Shown piece by piece: positions 17,346 through 26,587 of a stretch of 64,000 bases of DNA (its first letter is position 1; each line of letters begins with the position of its first letter). The DNA comes from an uncultured bacterium (GTDB lineage: Bacteria; Patescibacteriota; Minisyncoccia; Phycocordibacterales; UBA2100): contig CAIOKC010000032.1 of NCBI GenBank assembly GCA_903858755.1, positions 29,930 to 93,929 of the forward strand, read 5' to 3'. A program made the position numbers and the translations under genes. The notes below the pieces were generated by a model. That model was not told the origin of the DNA. It saw only the letters and a program-made list of their open reading frames with translations, and ran no database searches.

Positions 17346-17881
17346 GGCGAGAGCGTCGAGCTGGTAAGGAGGCTGACCGAAGTATTCATGGTCCACGTCG
17401 CTCCCGCATCGGGAAGATGCTCGAGGTCGAAGCGACGTATGGACGAGGGAAGCGACAGTGTCTCGAAAAGCTGGAGCGCGTGCATCAGCTCTGCGAACGT
17501 GCCCTCGCCCGCCACCACGAATCCGACGGCGTCCACGGAAAGATTGGGTACGGTCGGCGCGCTTTCGGGCGCGGCATTCCCGAGCTGCGCACTGATCCCT
17601 GCCGCCTTTCCCGCCCCCTCGATCAACTCGACCGCGGAGACGACATCCGTCGCGAGAAGCGCATCGAGGCGCGCGCGATCGCCCGCGGTATCCTGTACCA
17701 AAGCATGCAGCCGCACTGCGACATCGTGCCGGAGCGCGGTTTGCTGGGCGGTTTGAATAGCTTCTGTGCGCCGCACTTCGTCGGCGGATATCGTCCACGC
17801 AAAATACCCGACGCAAAGCCACGAGAGCACGGCGGCTGCGAGCGCGACCCATGAGACAGCGATACTAGTGCGTGATTTCAT
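17342..17881 (-). CDS. PilO-like type IV pilus assembly protein (putative)
   Basis: 179 aa, N-terminal TM then coiled/soluble domain; operon position after pilM/pilN-like genes. Confidence 0.4.
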   Translation of the reverse strand: MKSRTSIAVSWVALAAAVLSWLCVGYFAWTISADEVRRTEAIQTAQQTALRHDVAVRLHALVQDTAGDRARLDALLATDVVSAVELIEGAGKAAGISAQLGNAAPESAPTVPNLSVDAVGFVVAGEGTFAELMHALQLFETLSLPSSIRRFDLEHLPDAGATWTMNTSVSLLTSSTLSP

Positions 17882-17891
17882 ACGAAGTAAT

Positions 17892-18398
17892 TCAAAATCT
17901 TCCTGAGAGGGTCATGGAAAACCGCCCGCCCTGCGCTCCCGCAAGATCGCCGATGGGGACGACCACGGACGAGAACGTAGGATCAGCAGCGAGTGCTTTT
18001 CTGTAGATGCCAACGCCCTCGCGACTCTTCGACAAGCCGGCGAGCACGAGCGAGCCGGGCGTGTAGCTGATGTGATCGACGATCACTCCCGAGGGTCGCA
18101 GCGAAAGCGCGCGCGCGAGCGCCGCGGAAGGAGTCGTCGTTGCCTCTACAAGAGGAGCAAACACAGTGAGAATCGCTTGTGTCCGCCGGATATCTTCTTG
18201 ATCCTTCGCGCTCGCCACGCGCTCTGTCTGCTCGGAAGGCGTCTCCTCATCCGCATGCAGCGCGAGATAGCTTGGCAGGAGCGAGAGCGCGGAGAGGAGC
18301 GCAGCGAGGAGTGCGACAGCGGATCCCGCGACTATAAAACGAGCGCGGTAAATCCGCCCCAGTGCTCGCTCTGCGTCGGGTGGGAGGACGTTGGTCAT
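17892..18398 (-). CDS. PilN-like type IV pilus assembly protein (putative)
   Basis: Start MTNVLPP...; short cytoplasmic N-terminus, TM (FIVAGSAVALLAALLSALSLLP), periplasmic domain; 4-nt overlap with pilM. Confidence 0.45.
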   Translation of the reverse strand: MTNVLPPDAERALGRIYRARFIVAGSAVALLAALLSALSLLPSYLALHADEETPSEQTERVASAKDQEDIRRTQAILTVFAPLVEATTTPSAALARALSLRPSGVIVDHISYTPGSLVLAGLSKSREGVGIYRKALAADPTFSSVVVPIGDLAGAQGGRFSMTLSGRF

Positions 18399-19528
18399 GG
18401 CAATGTACGAAGCGCGAGACCGATCGCTGTCGCGAATTGGAGCGAGCGGCGGCAATCGATCGGCGGGATGTATTCGTCGAAATCGCAGATATGCCTCCAC
18501 ACATTCGCGCGCGCCGTCGGTGCCTGGACGCGCGCGGCGATGTAATCCGTAAGACCGCTCAGATTTGCACTCCCGCCTACGAACAGGACCTGCCCTACCG
18601 GGGTCATGCGATCGCCGCGCTCATTCCTTCGGGTATCCCAGTAGTGGAAGTGCCGCGTGACCTCATCGGCAAGCGCCGCTGCCGTACCCATCGCGACCTG
18701 CACCGCCTCAGACGAATCTCCGCTCTCGACCTGCAAACCTTTCTCATTGCGGAACGCCTCGGCTTCCTCCGCAGTCATTGAGAGTTTCTCCACAAGAGCC
18801 TTCGTGATGCCGTCTCCGCCCACCTCAACCGTCGAGGTGAATATCGGCACGCTCCGCTTAAGGACGGCGAAGCCGGTGCGAGCGCGCCCGAAATCAACAA
18901 GGAGCGTGATCGGCTCGTCCTCTTGTCCGCTCGAGACCGCCCGCGCGATTGAACGCGCCTCGACTTCAAGCGAGATAAGCGTGATGCCAGCCATGTCGAA
19001 TGCCGCGACATAGCTTTCTGCAAGATCGCGAGGAAAGACGGAGACTCCTATCTCCTCCCCTTCTCCGTCGTCGTGCTTGAGAATGACGTCGAAATCGTAG
19101 ACCGCGGTCGCGGGCGTGATCGGCACGCGACCCTCAAACTCGAATTCGATCATGCGGAGCACCTGATCGCGCGGCGTCCCTTCCGGCACGTGCATAGTGA
19201 ATACGTACGCTGCCTCTTCAGGAAGCGCTGCATGCGCGAAGGAGATGCCTCCAAGATTCCTTTTTACTTCGGCGAGGGTGTCTGCAAGCGCTTCCACGTC
19301 TTGTATCACGCCGCCGACGACTACGTCCGGCGGAAGCGGCGTGTCGCCCCACGAGACGACGCGGTGCGTATCCTTGAATGGAGCGAGCACGAGCCACTTG
19401 ACCGACGAATCGGAAATATCGATTCCCGCCGACTGCGGTGAAAGGATCGACGGCGTCGGAAACCACCGACCAAAAGTACGGGAAAGTGCACGCGCCCTTT
19501 CTCCGAGCTGCGCGGTTCTCGTGTTCAT
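18395..19528 (-). CDS. pilM: Type IV pilus assembly protein PilM (actin-like ATPase fold)
   Basis: 377 aa with an actin/FtsA-like fold pattern (GIDISDSSVKWLVL ... LLVDFGRARTGFAVL ... VLFVGGSANLSGL). Confidence 0.7.
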   Translation of the reverse strand: MNTRTAQLGERARALSRTFGRWFPTPSILSPQSAGIDISDSSVKWLVLAPFKDTHRVVSWGDTPLPPDVVVGGVIQDVEALADTLAEVKRNLGGISFAHAALPEEAAYVFTMHVPEGTPRDQVLRMIEFEFEGRVPITPATAVYDFDVILKHDDGEGEEIGVSVFPRDLAESYVAAFDMAGITLISLEVEARSIARAVSSGQEDEPITLLVDFGRARTGFAVLKRSVPIFTSTVEVGGDGITKALVEKLSMTAEEAEAFRNEKGLQVESGDSSEAVQVAMGTAAALADEVTRHFHYWDTRRNERGDRMTPVGQVLFVGGSANLSGLTDYIAARVQAPTARANVWRHICDFDEYIPPIDCRRSLQFATAIGLALRTLP

Positions 19529-19556
19529 CCCGATAAGTATAGCATCGTGCGCGATG

Positions 19557-19889
19557 CTACTTCAGCTTCGTCCCGAGCGGCACATCGCGCTCGGGCGAAA
19601 TAAGCGCGACTCCCTCCTCGTCGCTCGCCGCGAGCAACATTCCCTGGCTTTCGATTCCGCGAATCACGCGCGGCGCAAGATTCGTAATGTACGGAAATCG
19701 ACGCCCGATGAGCTCTTCCGGTTTTTTCCACTCCGCGATACCGGATACGATCGTCCGTACTCCCGATTCACCGAAATCCACTGCGCATTTGATGAGCTTA
19801 TCGGTCTCCGGCACCAACTCCGCCGCGACGACCTGCCCGATGCGTATCTCGAGCTTTGCAAAATCATCGTATGAAATCTCATTTCCCAT
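19557..19889 (-). CDS. tRNA-binding domain protein (CsaA/Trbp111/EMAP-like)
   Basis: FAKLEIRIGQVVAAELVPETDKLIKCAVDFGESGVRTIVSGIAEWKKPEELIGRRF... Confidence 0.75.
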   Translation of the reverse strand: MGNEISYDDFAKLEIRIGQVVAAELVPETDKLIKCAVDFGESGVRTIVSGIAEWKKPEELIGRRFPYITNLAPRVIRGIESQGMLLAASDEEGVALISPERDVPLGTKLK

Positions 19890-19896
19890 ATTCCGC

Positions 19897-20304
19897 CTAT
19901 TCTAGCGTATCCGGCAACGGCGCATCCGAGTGCATGTCGAGGTACCGCTGGAGTATCACGGCAGCGGCAGCAGCGTCGTTGTGCCCTTCTCCCTCAGGCG
20001 CATAGCGCGACGACTCGACAGAACTCCCCGCCTCCCACGCAGGATGCACCACAGCCCCACTCGACGCGAGCGTTTTCATAAAACGCTCCGCCTCTTCCGT
20101 GATGGCATTTACCGCGCCGCCAAATGCGCGCGTATCGCCGACGACGACAGCCCCGACCCGCTTTTCCTCGAGGATGTTTAGAATGCGCGGCACAAGCTTG
20201 TCGTCGCTCGCCACTGTCTCGAGAGGAAACGCGATAACGCCGGTCGCATCCGAGAGCGCGAGCCCCACGCGCTTCGCGCCATAGTCGATGCCGAGATATT
20301 TCAT
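19897..20304 (-). CDS. ruvX: Holliday junction resolvase-like protein RuvX/YqgF
   Basis: MKYLGIDYGAKRVGLALSD... RNase H-like YqgF pattern. Confidence 0.85.
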   Translation of the reverse strand: MKYLGIDYGAKRVGLALSDATGVIAFPLETVASDDKLVPRILNILEEKRVGAVVVGDTRAFGGAVNAITEEAERFMKTLASSGAVVHPAWEAGSSVESSRYAPEGEGHNDAAAAAVILQRYLDMHSDAPLPDTLE

Positions 20305-20311
20305 CGCACTA

Positions 20312-20719
20312 TCATGCCAGTTTGGACGTTTTATACAACTCCGGTCGGTGCGGCTTCAGGCGCACGATGCGGGCACGGAGCCCCGCGGCTTCTATATCCC
20401 GCTCGAGATTCTTCACGTACTCACCCTCCTGATCGTAGCCGAGGGCGATGATATCCGGTCGTGCGGCGACCATATGCTCGGCATACCCCTCCGCATCGCC
20501 AAGCACGACCTCATCCGCAAGACCACTCGCTCGGATCGCTTCGCGACGCTCTTTTTCCGAATGCCGTGGCCGACTCCCCTTCACTCGCTCGACGACGAGG
20601 TCGCGCGCGACCGAGACGACAAGACGCGCATCGGGCGCAAGCGCTCGCGCTTGCGCAAAAAGATTCCTGTGCCCTTCGTGGAGGATGTCGAAGGTGCCAA
20701 ATACCATGACGCGCGTCAT
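20312..20719 (-). CDS. Cytidylyltransferase-like nucleotidyltransferase (HxGH motif)
   Basis: [23 protein letters not shown]...: (H/T)xGH nucleotidyltransferase family (RfaE domain II / RibL / TagD-like). Confidence 0.6.
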   Translation of the reverse strand: MTRVMVFGTFDILHEGHRNLFAQARALAPDARLVVSVARDLVVERVKGSRPRHSEKERREAIRASGLADEVVLGDAEGYAEHMVAARPDIIALGYDQEGEYVKNLERDIEAAGLRARIVRLKPHRPELYKTSKLA

Positions 20720-20728
20720 ATGTTCACC

Positions 20729-21685
20729 CTATGCCCGGCTTTCACCCGCCGCGTTGATGTTGCTCAGCATGTAGAGCGCGGACAAAAGGACTGCCGTACC
20801 AATCCACTGTCCCGCGAAAAGCCCGAAGTAGGTGCCTTCCGCCCACGCGCCGGGGATGAAATACGCATTCACGAACACCGCCGCGAGCGGGAATCCGAGC
20901 TCGGCAAGCGTCGCGATCGATGCCCGCGTGTATTGCAGACCGTAGTAGTAGAGAAAGAGCGAGAAGACGCCAGAAGCGAGCGCGATTACCCCGATAAAAA
21001 TCCAATCGGTGGTACTCACCGACGAAAACGGCGGGGGAGTGCCTTCGATCACCACGTTGAGAATGCCGAGAAACACAAACGCGCCGAGAAACCTGAGCGC
21101 GGTCAGCGTCTGGAACGAAATCGAGCTCAAGACGTATTTCCCGAATACGGTCGACGCGCCCCAGAGCACCGCGGCGGCAAGCGCAAGGATCACGCCCATC
21201 GTATTTGGGTTAAACACCTCCCCCGCATACAGCTGCGGCACGAGATTCGGAAAACTCACGAGGTACGCTCCGCAAAGCGCAAGCGCCGCCCACAGCCAGA
21301 ATCTTTTGCTCAACTTCTCCCCCAAGAAAAACCCCGCGAGCGTGATCGCGATAAGCGGCTGCAGCTTTTGCAGCAGTATCGCGACCGACGGATTCACATA
21401 ATGGAACGACTGCGTGAACGCGACGGAGCCGAGCGCGGAGCCGCCGACCGCAATCGCCCCGACGGCGAGCCAGCCGCCAAGCGACAGATTTTTGAGATCA
21501 CGCCAAAAGTAGGCGAGGATGGGGATCGCGAAAAGCGAATCGACTCCGTGCTCCGCAAATACAATGAAGCTGGAAGAGAGCCCCTCGGTGAGATGCGAGC
21601 GGAAAGGCGCGTCGGTCGCCCAAAGCACCGCCGCGAGGAAGACAAAACCGGGACCCCACGCGAGCATCGAGCGCGCGTTGCTCAT
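20729..21685 (-). CDS. DMT-family (EamA-like) transporter
   Basis: 318 aa, 10 predicted TM helices, duplicated EamA-like halves. Confidence 0.65.
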   Translation of the reverse strand: MSNARSMLAWGPGFVFLAAVLWATDAPFRSHLTEGLSSSFIVFAEHGVDSLFAIPILAYFWRDLKNLSLGGWLAVGAIAVGGSALGSVAFTQSFHYVNPSVAILLQKLQPLIAITLAGFFLGEKLSKRFWLWAALALCGAYLVSFPNLVPQLYAGEVFNPNTMGVILALAAAVLWGASTVFGKYVLSSISFQTLTALRFLGAFVFLGILNVVIEGTPPPFSSVSTTDWIFIGVIALASGVFSLFLYYYGLQYTRASIATLAELGFPLAAVFVNAYFIPGAWAEGTYFGLFAGQWIGTAVLLSALYMLSNINAAGESRA

Positions 21686-22143
21686 AGAAGCGCCAGCTCG
21701 AGCGCGGCGACTGCCGCTTCGATGCCTTTGTTGGTCTCCCCGCGGGAGCGAGTGCGCGCCTGCGCGAGAGTATTGGGAGTGATCACTCCAAACGATATCG
21801 GAATGCCCGATTCGAGCATGATCTGCATGATGCCGGAAGAAGCCGCGCTCGCGATATAGCGATCATGCTCGGTCTCGCCCTTGATCACACAACCGAGCGC
21901 GACGACCGCACGCACTCTTTTCTTCCGTATGAGAGAACGGCACCCGAACGGGATCTCGAAGCTCCCGGGCACATGGAGGATATGGATGTTTCTTTCTTTC
22001 ACTCCCCATGTCGCAAGCGTGCGAAGAGCGCCTTCAAGCATCGACTCCGTGATGTCCTCATTGAAGCGCGACACGACGACCCCGACGCTGAGCTTGGAGG
22101 CATCACGCGCTTTCCTTGCCTTTGCGTACTCCTTTCGCTGCAT
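21682..22143 (-). CDS. ribH: 6,7-dimethyl-8-ribityllumazine synthase
   Basis: KLSVGVVVSRFNEDITESMLEGALRTL...HVPGSFEIP...AVVALGCVIKGETEHDRYIASAASSG. Confidence 0.9.
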   Translation of the reverse strand: MQRKEYAKARKARDASKLSVGVVVSRFNEDITESMLEGALRTLATWGVKERNIHILHVPGSFEIPFGCRSLIRKKRVRAVVALGCVIKGETEHDRYIASAASSGIMQIMLESGIPISFGVITPNTLAQARTRSRGETNKGIEAAVAALELALL

Positions 22144-22735
22144 TGCGGCTCACTCTACCACACGCGCTTTTCCTGGCGAGAAAGGGCGTCCGATCCAGCT
22201 CTACGTTGACGGTATCCCCTGCGCCGAGTCTCCCGAGATTCGTCTTCGCGAGCGTATGCGGGATAAGCGCGACAGTGCACACGCCTTTTGCTTTGCGAGC
22301 GACGGTGAGGCTGACCCCATTGACCGCGAGAGAGCCGCGCAGCAGTATCTCTCTCGAAAGCTTCGGCATTGAGAGCGATATCTCACGGGAGCGACCCTTC
22401 TCGATGATCGAGACGACGCGCGCCTTTCCGTCGACATGCCCCTGCATAAGGTGCCCATCGATGCGGTCGCCATACACGAGCGAACGCTCAAGATTCAAGA
22501 AAGTGCCGCGCACAAAAGCAGAAGCGGTCGTAGAGGAAAGCGTCTGCGGCATGTACTCCACGTCGAAGAAATCTTTTCCGTGCGAAACGACCGTCGAGCA
22601 GATGCCGTCGATTGCGATACTTTGCCCATCCGAAAGCCGCCACGCACGCGGCTTGCGTATCCTGACGCAGAGCATGCGCGCGCGCCGCGACACTGAGATG
22701 ACGCGCGATTCCGCCTGGACTATCCCGCCAAACAT
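22103..22735 (-). CDS. ribE: Riboflavin synthase alpha subunit
   Basis: MFGGIVQAESRVISV... two lumazine-binding repeats; 41-nt overlap with ribH as drawn. Confidence 0.85.
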   Translation of the reverse strand: MFGGIVQAESRVISVSRRARMLCVRIRKPRAWRLSDGQSIAIDGICSTVVSHGKDFFDVEYMPQTLSSTTASAFVRGTFLNLERSLVYGDRIDGHLMQGHVDGKARVVSIIEKGRSREISLSMPKLSREILLRGSLAVNGVSLTVARKAKGVCTVALIPHTLAKTNLGRLGAGDTVNVELDRTPFLARKSACGRVSRNAAKGVRKGKESA

Positions 22736-22773
22736 GCCCGCACCATATCATCCCCTCCGTGATCGCGCGATTT

Positions 22774-22818
22774 CCAATATTCCAAATCCTACGCCATGGC
22801 GGAGGATTGGGAATATTG
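22774..22818 (-). promoter_or_regulatory. 17-bp-arm imperfect inverted repeat between the riboflavin kinase stop and ribE start (terminator/attenuator-like hairpin)
   Basis: ccaatattccaaatcct acgccatggcgg aggattgggaatattg; 15/17 arm complementarity; central gccatggc palindrome. Confidence 0.3.
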
Positions 22819-22819
22819 C

Positions 22820-23164
22820 TTACAGCTGAAAATAGGCGCGTACGGCTTTTACGTCTGCAGCGATCGCCTCGCGGAGCGACACGGCATCGTCAAATGCCTG
22901 GTCTTCGCGGATTTTCTTGTGAAGCTCGATCGTGATCTCTCGCCCGTACAGATCATCGGAAAAGTCGAGGATGTGCGCTTCGAGCAGTTTCCTTCTTCGA
23001 TCGACGAAGACCGCCGCCGCGCGAGGGGTTTCGTTTTGGATACGCGCGCGCGCGGCATAAATGCCCGAGATCGACTCGTCGGTGAGCGGGATGTTCGCGG
23101 TCGGAAATCCGAGCTCCGACCCTCGTCTCTCGCCTTTTTGGACAGTGCCTTTCAAAATGTCCAC
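22820..23164 (-). CDS. Riboflavin kinase (stand-alone RibF C-terminal-like domain)
   Basis: KGTVQKGERRGSELGFPTANIPL... riboflavin kinase motif (GxxxGxxLGFPTAN). Confidence 0.8.
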   Translation of the reverse strand: MDILKGTVQKGERRGSELGFPTANIPLTDESISGIYAARARIQNETPRAAAVFVDRRRKLLEAHILDFSDDLYGREITIELHKKIREDQAFDDAVSLREAIAADVKAVRAYFQL

Positions 23165-23165
23165 T

Positions 23166-23250
23166 CGGAGGGGGTGAGATTCGAACTCACGGTGGGTTGC
23201 CCCACTCTTGTTTTCAAGACAAGCGCGTTAGACCACTCTGCCACCCCTCC
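23166..23250 (-). tRNA. tRNA-Ser (anticodon TGA), type II
   Basis: ggaggggtggcagagtggtctaacgcgcttgtctTGAaaacaagagtggggcaacccaccgtgagttcgaatctcaccccctccg. Confidence 0.85.
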
Positions 23251-23329
23251 AAACCACCGTTGTACCACGGTGCGCCCGATGTACACAGCCCGCACACCGA
23301 GCTCACTGCCCCACGGTACAATGACCCAT

Positions 23330-23770
23330 ATGAAAAACCCTTCGACAGGCTCAGGGCGGACACGAGGATTTACCCTTATCGAATTACTCGTCGTCATCGC
23401 GATCATCGGCATTCTCGCTTCGATCGTCCTTGCCTCACTCGCAAGCTCTCAATCGAAAGCCCGCGACGCGCGACGCATGGAAGACGTGAATTCTCTTCAG
23501 AAAGCATTTGCTCTCTACCTCGCGACCTCGGGCACCTATCCTATCTCCGTCTCGACGACGACGCTAAACGGCGGCGGCGGCGACACGATCTCTGCAGTGC
23601 TTGTCGCGAGCGAAAATATCCCGACTGCCATCAAAGACCCGCAATCGCCCGTGTACGACTACACCTACAGCTCCAATTCGACGGGCAACACCTACATGAT
23701 CGGCTTCTGCCTCGAGACCGACAACATACGCAACTACAGCGCGGGATGCAGCAACTACGTCAGACCCTGA
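23330..23770 (+). CDS. Type IV pilin (prepilin with class III signal peptide)
   Basis: MKNPSTGSGRTRGFTLIELLVVIAIIGILASIVLASL...: G|FTLIE prepilin peptidase site and hydrophobic alpha1 helix. An alternative ATG lies at 23321. Confidence 0.85.
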   Translation: MKNPSTGSGRTRGFTLIELLVVIAIIGILASIVLASLASSQSKARDARRMEDVNSLQKAFALYLATSGTYPISVSTTTLNGGGGDTISAVLVASENIPTAIKDPQSPVYDYTYSSNSTGNTYMIGFCLETDNIRNYSAGCSNYVRP

Positions 23771-23785
23771 GCCCGCCGCCCAAGC

Positions 23786-24277
23786 GTGCGGATGATGTAC
23801 AATAGATACGTCATGCCCCCTTCGCCCACACTCCGCTGGAGCGCGTACGAGCACGAACACATCGAGCGAAGCAGTGATTGGTTCTGGGCGCTCGGGATCA
23901 TCGCGGTCTCTGTCGCGCTTGTCAGCGTTCTATTTCACAACTTCTTTTTTGCCGTCATCGTCGCCATCGCCGCCACCGTCCTCGGCATGATCGCAAACAT
24001 CCCGCCCGACCTGGTGGAATTCGAGATCTCCGACAAGGGGGTGCGTACAGGCGACACGCTGCACCGTTTTGAAGAAATAATCTCTTTCTGGGTGGACGAA
24101 GAGAGGGAGCGCCCCCTCCTCCTCGTCGACACGACAAAAGTGATGGCGCCGAATCTCATCATCCCGATCGAGCACATCGATCCGCGCATAGTGCGCGCAT
24201 TCCTCCAAGAGAGGACGACGGAGACCCGGATGAAAGAGCCTTTCTCGCACAAGATTCTCGAATTTTTCGGGCTGTAG
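23786..24277 (+). CDS. Hypothetical membrane protein
   Basis: 163 aa, two TM helices, downstream of the pilin gene. Confidence 0.4.
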   Translation: MRMMYNRYVMPPSPTLRWSAYEHEHIERSSDWFWALGIIAVSVALVSVLFHNFFFAVIVAIAATVLGMIANIPPDLVEFEISDKGVRTGDTLHRFEEIISFWVDEERERPLLLVDTTKVMAPNLIIPIEHIDPRIVRAFLQERTTETRMKEPFSHKILEFFGL

Positions 24278-24280
24278 ATT

Positions 24281-26341
24281 CTAGAGTCTCGTCACGGTGG
24301 TGGTGGCGCCTCGCGCGCCGCCTCCGATCGTCTGGCAATTGAGCACGTAGTCTTGCGTCGATGTGATCGATGAAGTCTCTGCGGTGCCCGATACGCTCGT
24401 ATTGGAAGAATTGCGCGTCGTGAAATCCGAATCGCTCGGACTCGAGACCACGCACGACTTCATGCCGGTCGTGATCCACCCGATGATCGATTTTTCGCCC
24501 GAAGCGACGCTCTTCGGATTCGCGACAAGGACGATCGAGGGCACGGCGACCTGAACCGAGCACTGCGCGCCGGTCGTCGCTCCGCCGCTAGTGCAGGTGA
24601 GCGTGTACGTCGCGGTGTTCTTCCCCGCCGGAGGCGTGGCGATCGTCGTCGTCGCCGTGCCCGAGGGCGAAGTGGTCGCGGTAAATCCTCCGCCTACCGC
24701 GACACCAGAAGCGCAGGAGTACGAGATGGCGAGCGTCATGCCCACGTCTGCCACTTTCGGCTCGCACGAAAGCGTCGCGCCGCCTGTGCCAGAATTCGGG
24801 ACGCATTGCCATCCCGTGATGCAGGAGCCGCTCTGCGTGGGCTTCCACGTGCCCGCGGTGCAGCTCTCTGCCGCCGGCTGCGGCGGCTGCGACTGGCATT
24901 GCTGGCTGGTCGACGGCGTGCACGGCACCGGCTGGATCGGCGGCACTACGCTCGAGCTCTGACCGTACATGCTGCTCAATTGCTGCTGATAGTTGTATTG
25001 CTGGAGCTGGAGATTGTATTGCTGGAGCTGCTGCTGATATTGCTGCTGCTGCTGCGCATACGTATTGGGATCGGTGGAGCATGCTTGCGCAGGCGCTTGC
25101 GGCGGCTTCGGCTGCAATAGACCTTTCAAAAGATTCGCGAGCGCGGGCAGCATCTTCCCGATGCCGTCTCCCCCGCCGGTCCCACCACCTCCTCCGCCTC
25201 CGCCGCCACCTGCGCAAAGAGATCCCGTGCATTCCGGCTTTATATCTGTACACACAGAATTAACTTTCGTCTGACCTACTGGACATGGAGTGTTCTCACC
25301 GAGGGCAGGTGGAGTCTCTGCCTGCTTTTTAAGAGCTTCAAGTGTACGGAGGTCACGCGCGTCACAATACCCAGCATCGCATTGAGCCTTTAATCTGCCG
25401 TAGGCGTCCTTTGCCTCGACCTGTTTCTCGTATGCCCTAAGGGTCTGCAGGTCTCTCGCGTCACAGTGTCCCGCAGCACACTGAGCTCTCAGATTCGCAA
25501 TGTCTGCCGACTTGTCGGCATCAACCTTCTTCGTATCTTTAAGCGCATTATCAATATCAGCCGGAGTGCCCTTTTGATCTTCGCCGATTCCATCACACTG
25601 ATCTTGCCCGCAGGCAGCAAAATTTTGAAGTGTTTTCTGTGCAGCATCCGCTTTCAGAGGATCATTCGGATCACTAAATACACTAGTATCGCGCTTTCTC
25701 TCCTCTAGGGCAGCGTTGACCTGATCAAGAGCATTTTGGCTCATTGGGGGCAGTGATGCTCCCGGGTTGTTCATCATACTGTCCGCGATTTTTCTCGGAG
25801 CTTCCTCAACTGCCCGCTGTGTCTCTTTCGCAAGCACGAAATTAAGATCGTCGTTTGCTCGCGCAAAATCTGTCCCTTGAAGATAAATGCTTTTCAGGAT
25901 CTTGCACTTATTCAGGTCTTCTTCTCCTTTTGGACAGTCGTATAACCGGCACGATGCATTCTTTGCACTTATTTCTTCTACTTTTCTTGCGGTAACGACC
26001 GAAACGAATTTGCCTTTTTGTATATCTCCATGCACAGCATATGTGACATTGTAATTTTTGATTGCACCGCTCACCTGCTTCTGACACACGCACTGCTGCT
26101 TGTTTTCGGTTGCCGTATCTGCGATGAACGATTGCCCCTCTTTTGGACACGCAAGACTGACCTTCGACTTATCCGCGGGCGGCGGTGTGGCGCGAACACC
26201 GGGGACAATGGGGGTAATAAGTGCAGCAGCGGTCTGCGCCTCGGGATTTCCTGAAGCAGAGATGCCGAGCGCAGCTACTCCCAAAAGCCCTACCAATACA
26301 AGAGCGGCAAGGAGCGAGACGCCACGCTGTGAGGCACGCAT
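24281..26341 (-). CDS. Large secreted low-complexity protein (poly-Gly, poly-Gln, tandem QC(D/A)AG(Y/H)CDARDL(R/Q)TL repeats)
   Basis: 686 aa, N-terminal signal/TM, Cys-rich repeats, G16 and Q-rich tracts, C-terminal Thr/Gly-rich beta-rich domain. Paralogous in architecture to 30953-32431. Confidence 0.55.
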   Translation of the reverse strand: MRASQRGVSLLAALVLVGLLGVAALGISASGNPEAQTAAALITPIVPGVRATPPPADKSKVSLACPKEGQSFIADTATENKQQCVCQKQVSGAIKNYNVTYAVHGDIQKGKFVSVVTARKVEEISAKNASCRLYDCPKGEEDLNKCKILKSIYLQGTDFARANDDLNFVLAKETQRAVEEAPRKIADSMMNNPGASLPPMSQNALDQVNAALEERKRDTSVFSDPNDPLKADAAQKTLQNFAACGQDQCDGIGEDQKGTPADIDNALKDTKKVDADKSADIANLRAQCAAGHCDARDLQTLRAYEKQVEAKDAYGRLKAQCDAGYCDARDLRTLEALKKQAETPPALGENTPCPVGQTKVNSVCTDIKPECTGSLCAGGGGGGGGGGTGGGDGIGKMLPALANLLKGLLQPKPPQAPAQACSTDPNTYAQQQQQYQQQLQQYNLQLQQYNYQQQLSSMYGQSSSVVPPIQPVPCTPSTSQQCQSQPPQPAAESCTAGTWKPTQSGSCITGWQCVPNSGTGGATLSCEPKVADVGMTLAISYSCASGVAVGGGFTATTSPSGTATTTIATPPAGKNTATYTLTCTSGGATTGAQCSVQVAVPSIVLVANPKSVASGEKSIIGWITTGMKSCVVSSPSDSDFTTRNSSNTSVSGTAETSSITSTQDYVLNCQTIGGGARGATTTVTRL

Positions 26342-26420
26342 ACCGCAATCATGCGCCCCAGAAGCATTCGGTGCAATACAAAAATGTGGAAAAGGACCGA
26401 CCTTCAGGCTTTTCTATCAT

Positions 26421-26492
26421 TGCTCCCGGCAGGAATCGAACCCACATTACATCCTCCGCAAGGATGCGTCCTATCCATTGAACGACGGGAGC
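26421..26492 (-). tRNA. tRNA-Arg (anticodon read as GCG)
   Basis: gctcccgtcgttcaatggataggacgcatccttGCGgaggatgtaatgtgggttcgattcctgccgggagca; anticodon loop ttgcgga. Confidence 0.7.
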
Positions 26493-26539
26493 TATCGAGG
26501 GAAATGTAGCACAGGTCTCTCCTTTTCCCCAACACCACC

Positions 26540-26575
26540 ATTAACAAATACGCACGGTCGGACGCATTTGTTAAT
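26540..26575. repeat. Palindromic repeat family member P1 (ATTAACAAA...CGGTCGGA...TTTGTTAAT)
   Basis: attaacaaatacgcacggtcggacgcatttgttaat, between tRNA-Arg and the PaaX-like gene. Confidence 0.7.
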
Positions 26576-26587
26576 ATACGAGGAACT

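Noticed and set aside
20288-21859. Plus-strand 523-aa ORF spanning ruvX to the DMT transporter
   Set aside because: Arg-rich antisense ORF overlapping three well-supported minus-strand genes.
23152-23412. Minus-strand 86-aa ORF
   Set aside because: Overlaps tRNA-Ser and the antisense of the pilin 5' region; artefact of the ORF track.
24950-25260. Possible CRISPR array or SSR locus suggested by repeated ctgctg / ggnggn runs
   Set aside because: The repeats are in-frame codon repeats (poly-Gln, poly-Gly) inside a long ORF, with no spacer-repeat periodicity.
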